A stretch of DNA of 63,639 bases, the filler included, from Folioceros fuciformis (taxonomy: Eukaryota), in NCBI GenBank assembly GCA_049999805.1. It is 10 parts of 10 records of this genome, joined end to end, with 100 filler letters (N's around TTAATTAATTAA, not from the genome) between each part and the next. Parts side by side here need not be neighbours in the genome. Positions count along the whole stretch, not along the records: positions 1 to 4,757 come from JBNGIO010001560.1; positions 4,858 to 9,428 come from JBNGIO010001561.1; positions 9,529 to 16,605 come from JBNGIO010001562.1; 7 more parts are not named here. One strand, 5' to 3'. Below the pieces are notes generated by a model. That model worked only from the letters and a program-made list of their open reading frames with translations, ran no database searches and was not told the DNA's origin. Positions 1 to 12,403 of the stretch are shown in pieces; position 1 is the stretch's first letter, and the number at the start of each line of letters is the position of its first letter. The translations under genes and the position numbers were made by a program.

Positions 1-148
1 GGGGAGGGATCTCCTGCCCTGACTCAAGATCGAAACTTGCAGCAGTTCCGATCCTGTAGTGGCATTGGCAGGCTGCACCCCAGCAGCTCACGAGAAGCCT
101 AGCTGGATCTGCATCCGTCCGTCGTGATCTCCAGCACCTGGTGTCGAC
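1..148. repeat. Dispersed repeat, near-identical to 55433-55579
   Basis: Both copies read ...gactcaagatc(g/a)aaacttgcagcagttccgatcctg...gcatccgtccgtcgtgatctccagcacctggtgtcga with scattered substitutions. Confidence 0.9.
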
Positions 149-325
149 AACTGTGGAGACCACATGGTAGATAGGCCTCTTAGAAAATGGGTGGTATTTG
201 TTTTTTTTGGAGTTTTGATAGAATTCCTTGGAGAGGTAATTAGGAAACTATGTTAGATAAGGCTAGATTAAATAGGATATCATGAGATAGTGGTGGTGCA
301 GTTTAGAAAGTCAACAATCGTCTAG

Positions 326-3050
326 CTAACCCGTGGCCGTGGAAAATGTGAAGTAGGGGGTAGGGTGTGCCCGTGGAGAGGGATGCCGGCGTGTGTGGAA
401 CCCTAAGTCGGGCGTGTGAGGGTGAGTTGGGGCCTCGGGAGCGTGCAGAAGGCGGTTGGGCATAGGCATGGAGGTAGGGTGCCTAGGCCTACCCTGGCCT
501 CCGTCCAGGTGGCCGGGGCTGAGGATCCTGGCCGGTAGGCGGGCCGGCCTGCTGTTGGGATGGATCCTGAAAGGCGGACGGATCGATGGCTGCAAGCCCA
601 GGCAAGATTCAACAGGCCGGGTGACCGTAGGGCAGCTCCAGGCAGGCTGGGTTGTGGTGGTAAGGCAGCCGAATCTAGCCAGCCAGCAGATGGGCTGGCT
701 GGTCGAGGATGGGCTAGACAGGGGCTGGCTGGGCAGGAAGCAGCCAGCCCGAGACGGCGGCTGGCAGCCCTGTCCGGCTATAGGCAGGCAAGTAGCCGCT
801 GCATGCACCAGACCTAACCAGGCAACAACAAGACAGCGGGAGCCGAATCAGCGACTACTATGGAGGGGACAGCTAGCCCAGCTTGCTGGCGGCTGGTCAG
901 CCGGGCCTTGGAGGATGGCCGGGCCAGTAGCAGCCGGGTGGGGGAAAGTAGGTAGGTAGCCGAGGTCAGGCAATCCAGGAGCCGAACCGATCCACAGGGG
1001 TAGACCGGGACGAAGGCAGGCGAGCCAGCAAGCTGGTTGCCTGGATGGGACGGTCATGGCAGGTGGTCGGCCAGCTAGGGGCGGCGCTGGATCCGCCCGT
1101 GCTGGCTGGCCGATCCTGGGGTCAGCCAGGGGCTGGCTAGCAGGGGAGGCCCCAGTCAGGTGTAGGCCGCTCCGGCAGGTTGTGGCAGGCCGGAGCGGAT
1201 CAGGCACGGCGACTGGGCTGGTCGGGCGGCTATCAGGCAGGCCGCCCAGCTTGGTAGAGGAAGGGGGATCGACCGGCTGGCCGACCTTGGAGCAGGCAGG
1301 TCGGCCAGCTTGTAGGGGCTGGCCAGGGTGGATCTGAGCCAAGCCGGAGCCAGGAGCAGGCCAAGGGCCGGCTGGCTACTAAGGAGCCCGGCCCAGCTGC
1401 AGGCAGGCTGCAGGCGGATATGCTAGGCTAGCTGCCTGGCCAGATCCAGGAGGGCAGGCCGGCCTACAGGGTGGCTGGGCCAGTGGGGGCCTGCCTATGC
1501 GACCAGCTGGGCTGACCGGCTGGATGCGGCTGCGGGCGGACTAGCGGTGGGCAGATCCGACCAGACAGCCAGCCCGGCCCAGCAGCAGAAGGGTCGGGGA
1601 AGGACTAATGACTGGATCTAGAGGCCGGAGACCAGCTAGCGGTCTCTGGCCAGTCGGCCTAAGCAAGTAGGTGACAACCAGGGGAATCAAGCAAGCGGGC
1701 AGGCTGGCAAGGGGGGCCTGCCAGATCCGGCTGGCTTCCGCCACCGGATCTAGCCAGCTAGCAAGCTGGCCAGGCGGCTGGCAGCAATGGCTGAGGCGGC
1801 TAGCCAGCGGGCTCAAATGGTCCCTTGGCTGGATCAGGTGACAGGCCTCTGGAGGCATTGGCTGCTTGGCCAGATCCGGAGGGAGAGCAGGCCAGCTTGC
1901 GGCCTCTGGCAGGCGGATCATACTTAAACCAGGTAGGCGGATCTAAGAGGCCAGGTTGGCGGCGGGCTGGCTGGCAAGCAGCCGGCAAGCGATCTTGCAG
2001 GCGGATTTGGCCAGATAGCCGCCTGGGACAGGCCGGCTGGCTGAGGGAAGTCCTGGCCGGAGGGAGTGTCGGATCGGCTGGCTGGCTGCCTACCAGATCC
2101 GGAAGGCAAGAGGCCGAGGTGGGGCCTCTGGGTACGCTGGAGACCAGGCAGCGGATCCTGCCAGTGGCGGGCTAGGCAAGGCTGCCAAATCCAGGCAGAT
2201 GCTGGCCGGATTGCCAGACAACCCAACCCAGCCTGAGCAATAGGAGGTCGGCGGAGCTAGGCCAAAGCTAGGAGCAGGCTAGGAAGGCTGGCGGCTGGCT
2301 GGCCGGCTGGATTTGGACCAGCAGTACAGGCAGGCCAGGCGGGTGCGGTCGGCCTGGCGGGGTGCTGGAGGCGGGCTGTCGACAGGGCGCTCCAAGCATG
2401 GCAAGCCGGGGCAGGGTTGAGGCAGGTAGGCTGGTCGAGGCCGGGCAGAGCAGGCCGGCTTGCGGGCGGCCTGGTTGGTCGGCGGGTAGACCGGTTGCAG
2501 GGAGAATTCAGCCACATAGCCGGGCTGATCCGGTTGGCTGGCAGGTGAATCCAAGCCCAGCCGGATCGCTAAGACTGGATGGGGCCGGGATCACAGGATC
2601 CAGGCAACCATGGCAGGCTGGCTAGGATCGCGTTTAGCAGGTTGATTGGCTAGACGGCACTGAGCGACCTAGATCGGGATCTAAGCTAGCGGCTGCTAAA
2701 GCGGGCGGACTGGATCTAGGTGGTTGGCTAGCCTAAGCGGATGACAAGGCGGCTGGCTACTAGTGGCTGGATAAGCGGCTAGCCACGACTAGAGCCAAGC
2801 ACGCGGCCTGGCTGATCGCCTAGCAGGGGTGGCTGCAGAGGACGCGCATTTGGATAGGCGGTCCCCTGGCGGGCGGCTGGCTGGCTGGATCTAGCCATAC
2901 ATCTAGTTGGCGAGTTGGCCGAATCAGGGCCGGATCGCCAAGCAGCTGGCAAGCGGGCCAGCAACGCAGGCAGGCCAAAGGTGGCGTCGGATTGCCAGGC
3001 AGCCAGCGGGCTAGTCGGAAGTAGGCTGGCAGGGCTGGCTGGCGGAGCAG
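326..3050. repeat. GC-rich, G-skewed low-complexity repeat (GGCTGG/GCAGG/GGATC/GCTAG motifs)
   Basis: Short motifs are reiterated throughout, and the six-frame ORFs are compositionally biased and unrecognisable. Similar sequence occurs at 62270-62600. Confidence 0.75.
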
Positions 3051-3059
3051 AAGGAGAAG

Positions 3060-3900
3060 GGAGACTTGCCTAACATGTCCATGCTGCCCTCGCACCTTCA
3101 CATTACAAAAGACGACTCTCATGTTGATGGGGAAAGGTTGGTTGCACAGGTTACTACCTTGAGGTGGCTGGGGCTAGAGATTCCCAGGTTGCTCTGCCTT
3201 TGGAATCAGATAGTGAGAAGAATCGCAGGGTTTGACGTCAGTGCGTATTCCTCTTGAGTGGGGTGGTTGTGGCCAGCTCTCTTTCCAGGCGATCACAGGT
3301 GCTGGGAGACCTGTTGGAGCCGCTTGGTTTTGTTGGCAGGGGAAACCCCAACCTGCAGGATTGGGCCCAACGGGAGAAACTGTGCAGGAACTAGGTTATT
3401 CCATGATGGTGTTTTCTTACAGGGAAAGTCAGTGGAGGGAGTGTGCCTTATCTGCTACCAGACGATGGTTACAAGGTGGATGGAAAGCAGCTCAAGTCTG
3501 GCTTTGGGCAAGAAGGCCACAGTGGCCTAGACAATGGTCGGTGGTGCAGCCCTCTATAAGAATGGGTGTAGGCAGAGTTGAGACAAGTTGAGGGACCTGC
3601 AACCTACCTGATGATAATTATGGGGACAAGGGATTGGGGGAATGCCACCTCAAGTGCCATGTCTACAAGGCTACCTCGTCAAGGGTACTAGAAGGGCAGC
3701 TATGCCGGGTCATGGGCTCCTTGGCCAGTAGGATAGGGAGTAGACAACTGGAGGAAGGTGGAGTCTCTAAGGATTGTAGATGATTTGAGAGAAAGGAGAG
3801 GATCGAAGAGAGAGGAAGAGAGTGTCGAGAGGCACTAACGATTTTGGCAGTCTTGAGAGGTTGGTCAATTTTGGTAAGAGCACCCAGTGGTGTCTAAGGG
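3060..3900 (-). mobile_element. Possible highly degenerate L1-type LINE remnant (ORF1 and start of ORF2)
   Basis: Minus-strand fragments HWVLLPKL, ALEVAFPQSL and IEGCTTDHCLGHCGLL resemble plant L1 ORF1 motifs in the expected order. They are followed by MRVVFCNVKVRG, resembling the endonuclease start (xxxxWNVRG). Many stops and frameshifts. Confidence 0.35.
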
Positions 3901-4757
3901 ACACAATCATCGGGGTTAGAGTTAAGTTAGGTTAGAGTTGTGTTAGGTCAGAGTTAGAGTTAGGATTAAGTCAGAGTTAGGTTTAGGGTTTTGACGAGTG
4001 GAGGGTTCTATCTGAGGCCTGCTGACCTGGTTAGGCAGTGATAGGGGGTTCCTGGCCAAGGGAGTATAAGAGGCCAGGCCTGTCACTGAGGGGGGAGGCT
4101 TTTTTGGTGAAGAGTGCCCTTGACCTTGTGTGCAGCCTGCTGGGTTAGAGGGATTAATCCAGTGTGCAAATGCACCTCGGCCTTGATTCCCCATGCCACT
4201 AGGGGAACGTGGTGGCTCCCAAAATCGCTGAGATCTGGGTGGCCAGATCCGTAGGGGCTGACTTTTCTTGCAGGCTGGTTGGGTGGTTGGGATACCTTGG
4301 TGTCCCTAAGGGATTTCCAAGGCGACGGATTGTAGGGCTGTGAGCCGAGGAGGCTATCCAGCTTGGGTCTGCACATCTCGGCCTCAAGGACTGCAAGTGA
4401 GGGGCTACTGTGTTCCAAAATCCAGGAGTGAGACGTGGAGGCGAAGGGTTGAAGAGTTGAAGTGCTGGGGCAGAGATTTGAAGTGCTGGAGTAGAGACTT
4501 GAGGTCTGGAGTTTGGAGTTGTTGTGCTGGGGCTGAAGTTCTCAATCAGCTGCTGAGGTGGCTGGCATTTAGGGCTGAGAGTGGTGGTCGAGGACAAGGC
4601 TAGGGCCTCCTCTCAGCTACTGAGGCGGCTGATACCAGGAGCTTGAAGTGAGAGCTGAGGATGATGCTGAGTCCTCATTCAACTGGGGTTGTGGTTGGTG
4701 TTGAAGACAAGGTTCTGATCTTTTTGCTGTAGTGTGGTTAGGTCTAGGAGCCGGCTG

Positions 4758-4857
4758 NNNNNNNNNNNNNNNNNNNNNNNNNNNNNNNNNNNNNNNNNNN
4801 NTTAATTAATTAANNNNNNNNNNNNNNNNNNNNNNNNNNNNNNNNNNNNNNNNNNNN
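4758..4857. other. Artificial contig linker; identical linkers at 9429-9528, 16606-16705, 34873-34972, 39509-39608, 42599-42698, 45170-45269, 49446-49545 and 55318-55417
   Basis: N44-TTAATTAATTAA-N44, which places stop codons in all six frames, occurs nine times. Confidence 0.98.
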
Positions 4858-7800
4858 GTTATCGGGATCTCCTGAATTTTATGTGGATGCTGGTCTTGAG
4901 CTGGTGAAGTCATTGGAGGTTCCGGAACACGAGCTGCTGGAGGGGGCTCACGAGGGGGGGTCTATGCCCTTGGGCACGGAGCAACAGCTTGCGTCGGCGG
5001 CAGCAGCAGCTGCGCTTACTGAGGCTGCCACTGAATCTGCGTACGAGCAGCATTTCATGGAGAGGAGGAAACCTCGCGAGGCTAGTGGACCCGAAGCTAG
5101 CAATGACATGCAGCCACATGTTCAAAAAAGTATCATCGATCAGATGCGTGAGATCATGGTGTTTGCTGGGCCGGCTCTGGGAATTTGGCTGTCGGGACCT
5201 CTTATGAGTATCATTGACACTGCTGTTGTTGGGCAAAGCAGCTCCCTGGAGCTTGCAGCGTTGGGTAAGGTCATGTTGCAGGGTAGCTAACTGCTACACT
5301 TCACGAGAAGGTGTGACCGTGATGACAATTCATTGTCTTTTTCTGTGCCTGATGATTGCGCAGGACCTGGAACTGTGCTTTGTGACCAGCTTTGCTATAT
5401 CTTTATGTTCTTATCGATTGCAACTTCTAATCTCATAGCCACATCTTTGGCAAGAAAGGCAAGTGGAAAGATGAAAAAGGGCCCTGCTGGTTGCCCGGTT
5501 GCTGCAACCTGGCTTCTGCAGATCACGTTGTGCTCTTTGAAGTAGTTCGAGATTGTTATTGATAGTCAACAAGCAGCTGTGACTATGGGCTTTAACAGGG
5601 TTCTTCGCTGTCCAGGATAAGGCTGAGGCGGCAGGGCATCTCTCAAGGCTATTATTTGTCTCCTTTGCATGCGGTTGGATCATGTTTGTGTTCACAGCGA
5701 ATTATTCTACATCCCTCTTAAAAGGTGCCCTTCTCGTCCTGGGACATGTGTGGACGTTGCGATGGACTAGGGTGTAGCAGTGTATGTTGACAGGCATTGT
5801 TACTTTCGTGCAGAAGGACCCGGAACGTCCACAGACTAAACGTATGTTGATGAATGAACTTTTTGGCACATGTAACAGCTTTTGTTGGGGCGAAGAACGT
5901 CGGTATGGTTCCTGCAGCACAGTCATATGTGAGGGTAAGCAATTGTGTTCGAACGGTGTTGTGTGCTGTGCCCTAAGGTTGTAGAACCTCGCCGGCGATT
6001 GGTGAGGGGACCGGCATGGACTTCTGAAAGCAGATTGAAGAGAGCTGCCCACCATTTTCATCCTGCTATCATAATTAACAGTACTCTTTTGCAGATCAGG
6101 GGCTTTGCCTGGCCAGCAGTGTTGGTGGGAATGGTTGCCCAGAGTGCATGGTACCAATCTGAACTCAGGAGTATCCATCATGACATTCATGCTAAACCCT
6201 GGGTGTAAAGTACGATCGTAATTGACTTCGCCCGGTTGAATTGCAGCTTGGGCATGCAGGACTCATGGGGCCCTCTTAGGGTTCTCTTTGTTGCAAGTTC
6301 TGTGAACTGCATGGGTGACATCATTCTATGCTCCTTTCTTGGATACGGAATCGCTGGTGCTGCCTGGGCAACAATGGTTTCACAGGTGTGGAACGAAACC
6401 CTGTTCAAAGTCACAGCATTGACATGAGGAAATTTTCCTAGCCCTGAGGGGAGATGCAACTTCTTGACCCGCTGTCTTGTGGATTGTGAACCAGTACGTG
6501 GGTACTTTTATGATGTTATGGTCACTGAACAAAAAGGGTTATAATGCACTGGCTATGTCTATACCCTCCATGGAAGAGTTTGTTCAAATGGTTGAGCTCG
6601 CTGCTCCTGTGCTTTTGACAATGTTCTCAAAGGTACGAACTTTCTTCAATTTCCAAAGTTCAGAGGAGCCCTCGTTGTAGAAACTTTGACAGGTGCAATG
6701 AAGTAGTTTTGACTGGTGATTATGCTACGACGTGTTAGTGCTGAACGTTGTGAAGTCTCTGACACAGGTGTCATTCTACACTCTGATAACGTACCTGGCA
6801 ACGTCTCTAGGATCCAGCACTCTTGCTGGGCATCAGGTATGAAGATACTGCTGAGTCAAACTGCAGACCTTGCTTCACATCCGACTGAAACGAACTTCTC
6901 TTCCGCATTTGACAGGTGATGATAGGAATTTTTTCCATATGTACCGTATGGGGTGAGCCCCTCTGTCAAACAGCGCAGTCCTTCATGCCTGCACTTATTC
7001 ATGGTGCTAAGCGTAACCTGGAAGAGGTGACGGCGCTTGTTTATTTTTCTTCACATTGCTCTCTCCTGCGCCTGGTCTGTTTATGCTAATCTCCGGTACG
7101 GGTTGCAGGCCAGGTTACTTTTAAAATCTCTCTTAATTATCGGAGCCATAGTGGGCAGCAGCTTGGGCGCCATATTTGTGTTCGTCCCTTGGTTTGCTCC
7201 ACAGATCTTCACCAAAGACTTGGCTGTTATCTCTGAGGTCCAGCCAGACTGTCACTTTCCAGTGCATCGGTCTTTTTGAACAGCCGAAAATCTGAAGCAC
7301 GTCATGTCTCATGCTTCTCGTGTCTCGTCATCTCATCGGACACCTGTGGGCTTTTTCAGATGAGGACCGTGACACTGCCATTCTGGTTTGCCACGGCCTT
7401 GACTCCACCAACCCTATCCTGCGAAGGCACTCTACTTGTAAGTTGTTCACCTTCTCCAAACTCGTATTACTTTCCACTCCCTTGATATGGGAAGTTATCC
7501 ATCTAATCTATGGCGTGCCATTTGTGCAGGCTGGCAGGGATCTTAAATTTCTGAGCTTCAGCATGGTTTCGTGTTTTTTGGGCGGCAGTCTTCTCCTTCT
7601 GGTTCACACGCCTAGCCAACCAAGACATGATTCCCCAACACTAGAGAGCTTCATGATCAATTACCGTTACAGATTGACAGTACAGGGAACTAGTTCCTCA
7701 CTCCTTGTCACGGTTTCTGCTGCAGATGATGAACAAGCTTGGCTGTGGCCTTCGTGGAAGCTGGTGGACTCTCGCATGCTTTCAGTTGGTACGACTCTGC

Positions 7801-7980
7801 GCGCCTCCTCTTTGCTGCTTCCCATCAATCACTCAGAGGTGTCCTTCGTCGTTACAAGTGTTCCGTCTGCTTGGTGTGCAGTCTCGGTTCTTGCAAGCGT
7901 ACACGAGACTCAACTCTCGAAAAAGCTTTCTGCGAGACGATTCCCCCAAATACCAGGACATGAGCCTGAAAGCAGCCTGA
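4858..7980 (+). CDS. MATE efflux family protein, DTX46/EDS5-like (plastid type); multi-exon, 5' partial
   Basis: Exons encode [117 protein letters not shown] and [14 protein letters not shown]. Stop TGA ends at 7980. Confidence 0.93.
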
Positions 7981-8645
7981 AAACAGAAGACATGTTCTCG
8001 GGCAAAGACCTCCCGTAAACTGGGAAAGGAGGAAGAAACCTAGAGTTCCCTGTACTCTGCACTCTAGTGTACCAAAAAACAATCGGGTTCTCCAGGCATC
8101 CGATTCAGCCACCTGATGACAGTGGTTCAACGGTTCTTAAAGCAGGTACCTGGGTATTATTTGTTTGCAGCAAGCTCCTGCTGCTGAAGTGCTCTCCATC
8201 TATCTCCTCCTTCCTTCGACAACCTTCCTAGCGGCCTGGATTCGAAAATTGCCGAAAACTTTTACGGGAATGTGTTTGACCTTTGGAAATTTAAAACCCT
8301 GCTGGCTGTTCGGGAGGTGGCTTTTATCGCGTCAAGAGACCTCACTCCAGTAGCGTTAGGGCTCGGCTCACTGCTTTGTTCCCGGCCAGCCCTGCGGGTC
8401 ACACTCGGGGCTCCGGCACGAACGGAACGGAACAGAACGTGAGAGTGGGACGGGTCGACGGGGCGATAGTAGCGGAACATATTCGGTTTCCCATTATATA
8501 TATGTGGAGCACCGAACGTGCGAGTATAGATTGATACAAGCGCGTTGCTGCATAGACTAAAGTTTGTATGTATTTGAGTTCGGTTTCATGTCCGCCATGG
8601 TTTGAGGTGTAAGTGTTTCCATGTTGGAGGTAGGCTTGCAGCAAA

Positions 8646-9428
8646 ATGGACGAGAGGAAGACTCGCCTGATGGCAAGAAACATCCAGAAACAGCTGCAGC
8701 CTGAACCGGAGCAGCCCAAAAAGAAGAAGAGCAAAGCCGCTCAAGCGGAGCCAGCACCCCATGCGACGACCAAGAACGAGGTCGGCATCGCGGGCGGCAG
8801 CGGGGACGAATATGGGGCACCAGTAGCGCGGCAGGAGAGGGATGTGCCGTCGGTTGGAGTCGATCTCAAGAGGAAGCGGGCTCCAAGAGGAGCTGCCAGG
8901 AACGTGAGGCCGAAATTGGATGCTGACGCGCAAGGGGAGACCAGGGTCCCCGGGGAGGCCACCGAGGTTTGTTCCGTGCTTGTAGTGGAAGATTTGGGAG
9001 ATGAGGCCAGGCTGCGGGAACTGGCGGCCGACGAAGGGCCAGCCAAGGATGTAGCTGAGACCCCCCCCGGCGGCAAGGCCAGGCGCGAGAGCTCCAGGTT
9101 GCGCGGGAAGCCCGTGAAACTGCGGGATGTTGTTCCCACGTTGGGGACCAAATTGAAGTCGAGTGAGGACGGCAAGCTCAAAGGCCTGGAAGTGGTTCTG
9201 CCTGTTGATGTGCAAGCTTTGGATGAGGGCGACATAATTATCGGCAACAATAATCGGATATCGGACGTCTACCGACGGAGGGATAAGAAGAAGGTTCCAC
9301 CGGTCAAGCCGGCGGACAGGATACCTGGTGCTGATCTTAAGGGAGGGAGGACCTCGCCTGATTTGGGAAAGGAAGCGGAGGAGGAGGAAGCGAGGAAGGA
9401 GAAGGAGGAAGCGAGGAAGGAGAAGGAG
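8646..9428 (+). CDS. Hypothetical K/E/R-rich protein, 3' partial, possibly TE-associated
   Basis: Open frame from ATG to the contig end, with NLS-like KKKKSK and terminal EEARKEK repeats. No recognised domain. Confidence 0.45.
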
Positions 9429-10069
9429 NNNNNNNNNNNNNNNNNNNNNNNNNNNNNNNNNNNNNNNNNNNNTTAATTAATTAANNNNNNNNNNNNNNNN
9501 NNNNNNNNNNNNNNNNNNNNNNNNNNNNCTCTCATTGTTTTAACGTCCTTCGTGCTTAAACGTATAGAAAGAAGCAAGGGAAAACAATCTTTTGAACGAA
9601 AAAGAAATGACTATACCGTACCAACGAGTCCAAAAAGATGTCCGTTTCGTCCTCTGGTAGATCAAAGCATTCCTAGCACATAGACGCACTGTCTGATCAG
9701 GTTGAAAGACAGAGATCTGCGAGTTCGAAGCACATGTGTATGCATATCGATTGTTCAGAACGTGGGACAGGGTTGGACATTTTGAAGACCCTGTTTACCC
9801 GCGGTCGGTCGGCCTGCAGCAGGGGTCCACACGTCTAGAAAGCACCGTCGTATATGGCAGAAGCAAGCTGTGTTTGGATCTGGGCCAGCTGTCCAAAACA
9901 AGGATGACTTGTTGTCTGATAACCACAACCAGCTGATCAGCTCCTGGATCTTGGTTGTATACTCGCAGCTGGTCTAACACCACGACTCCTCCAGGGCCCG
10001 AGACGCTGTGACCCGATCCTTAAAGACATAAGTCAACTCAAAAGTAGAATCTCAAGTCCTGAGCCTAAA

Positions 10070-10737
10070 TCATGATCCTTGATGATGCCTGCCGGCTGCT
10101 TCTAGAGCCTCCTTGGCCCGTTGCACCTTTGATTGAATGTAGAAACTTCCCTTTACAGCATTCTTCTCAAACAGATGATTGTATTTCTACAAAGCATACG
10201 ACGTTGTCAGCGGACGGAACAAAACCTCCTTGCAGTTGCATACAAGTGCCGACAAGACAGACAAAATAGTACCAAAAGCTGCTCAGTGCTCAGAAGTACA
10301 CCCACCTGCATAACTTCCTTCCAAGTTGCATTCTCACTGACGCCCAGCACAAGCCTTGCCTCCTGTTCTGTCATCCCAGTGGGAACTCTATGCGCCATAT
10401 TCTGCACGACTCGCCGAGCAGGTTCCGAATTTCCGGCATCTACAAATACGGAAGGGAACACCACATCTTCACATTCGTCAACAAGTTCTCATTCTATCCT
10501 AACTGCGGCAAATTTTGTGTCAACTATTGAACATACTATTAATTGCCTGCTTCCAGGCTTGCGTGATCGCCCTCGCAACAACGCTGGAGCCAACGGCAGC
10601 TATCGCGGCAATAATCTTGGCCGCCTGCACCGACGTCCACAATACCGCTTACAGGCCCAAGTGTAACAGAACTCAGACGTCACACATACTGTAAATCACA
10701 AACAACTTGGCCAACACCACGGTGCATCCCCTACCAT
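10070..10737 (-). CDS. PAM16: Mitochondrial import motor subunit PAM16/TIM16-like (4 exons)
   Basis: ATG|GT at 10737, then AAKIIAAIAAVGSSVVARAITQAWKQAI, MTEQEARLVLGVSENATWKEVMQ and KYNHLFEKNAVKGSFYIQSKVQRAKEALE. Confidence 0.92.
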
Positions 10738-11478
10738 TCCTCCTGCCGCTCTGTAAAGCCTCGATTCCAGGAAGCCCGGACGTCACAATTCGCAACTACA
10801 GCGCAATCGCAGCAGAACAAAACCTAGGCAACTGGCAAATGTCCTGTTGCAGCACAAACAGCAGATCAAAACGTTCCGGAGAGCAGGCGAGAGTCAAATT
10901 CTCCGCACCACCGCGGCCACTAGGAATAACAGCATTCGTAGAGTCTTGCAGGACACGGAGTCCCACGAGATGCCCTTCCCTGCCACCGTCTACCGATCTC
11001 CCAGGATCCATCCAGAAGAGTCGAGGTAAGACAAAGCTCAATCAAGCCATTAGGAAAATCTAAAAGCCCCCAGCTGGTCCAGCGAAATCTTCGAACATTC
11101 CTAACCCATACGTTGCGTGTAGACCAAGTATCTACATGAATAGGGCGGGAAAAATAGGAGCTGCTAATTAGGTCCAACACTTTCAAGGCAACAGGCCGGA
11201 TTGTGCTCTAAGAAACTTGCACGTAATATAGTTTGAGCCCCGAGCGGTTCTCCGATCATTCATGCGTGGTCGGAGACTGGCGATGTCGGAGGAAGGCACA
11301 AACCTGACGTTGGACCGCTGGAGACACTAATACGTCTCTCTCTGTGAGGGATAATTGTTCACATACGCCTAGGGTTAGGGCGGGGGTTGTTGGACAAAGG
11401 GCGCCATGGCATCAGTCTGACCCTTTGATTGGTCACTTTTCTGTTGGATCGGCGAGGGTTCTCAAGGCGCCAGGGGGG

Positions 11479-12053
11479 ATGACGCAAAAGAGTGGGCTAT
11501 TCAAGGGCCAGCAAAAGAAGTCTACCGCAGCTAATCGTCACGGGAAGGGGACGCACATCCGGAAAGGTCAGCCTTGGCTTCTAGATTCCCTCGTGTTTCC
11601 ACTGCTTCAATCTGGTTGTTCTTTCGCTGATGCTATCTTGTGTCACGTGCCTGGGAAACCATGGTCTTCAGATTCTGCTGATTAGATGGTCTTACTTCTT
11701 GGTCGCAGGGAAGTTGTTCAAACCACCTCTGAAGAAGACCAAGGACCTAGAGCAGAGCATCGTAAGTGGCTCAATTTTCTGTGGTGGTCCGAAATTTGTG
11801 GCTTTGCGGGTCATGGCCATATGCTGGGTTTGAAGCAGTGATGTGGTCCATGTTTCTCATCGAGTGAGCTGCTTCGGGGTGGTATCAGGAAGTTGGGAAA
11901 TTTATCAACCAAGCCAATGAGATGAAGGCCGCCGCAGCAGCTAGCAAAGAAGGAGCTCAGCTAAGGCTGGTCAAGGCACCCGTGGATGATTCCCAACCTA
12001 AGAAGGTCACGTCTGTTTTGGCGAAGTCTGTAGCTGGGAAGACGAAGCACTAG
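11479..12053 (+). CDS. Small basic UPF0390/DUF2462-like protein (3 exons)
   Basis: MTQKSGLFKGQQKK...ANRHGK...IRKG|KLFKPP...|EVGKFINQANEMKAAAAASKEGAQLRLVK, with GT-AG introns. Confidence 0.75.
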
Positions 12054-12403
12054 TCGAGCTTTGGGATGGTGTGGATATGACGTAGCACCTGGCTTTGAGT
12101 TCTCGGCGGCGCTTGAGCTCGCGTCTCTCGAATTGAAGCAGTTGTTAGCAGGTTGAATAGCCTGACGCACTCTCTGCGTCATGGAAGGCAGGCCGGGCTC
12201 CGGAATCTCACGCTAATAGAAACCGATTCTGTTCTTCACCAAGGGCAGGAAAACGTGCCTCGGAACTGACCGAGATTCTTGCGGGGTTCCATTCTGTAAA
12301 CATATTGATGAAAGACGTTTCTATCATACAACGAAACCGATTTGGAATTTGGCACATGGCGTTACTGGGCTTAGAACATGCGACTTGCTGAGGCGATCGA
12401 GCT

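Noticed and set aside
326-3050. Many overlapping 60-170 aa ORFs on both strands
   Set aside because: By-product of GC-rich low-complexity sequence; no domains recognised.
4758-4857. Recurrent TTAATTAATTAA palindrome within N-runs
   Set aside because: Artificial six-frame-stop linker. Adjacency of features across these linkers has no biological meaning.
7311-8018. 235-aa ORF overlapping the MATE 3' exons
   Set aside because: Read-through of introns and off-frame exons of the MATE gene.
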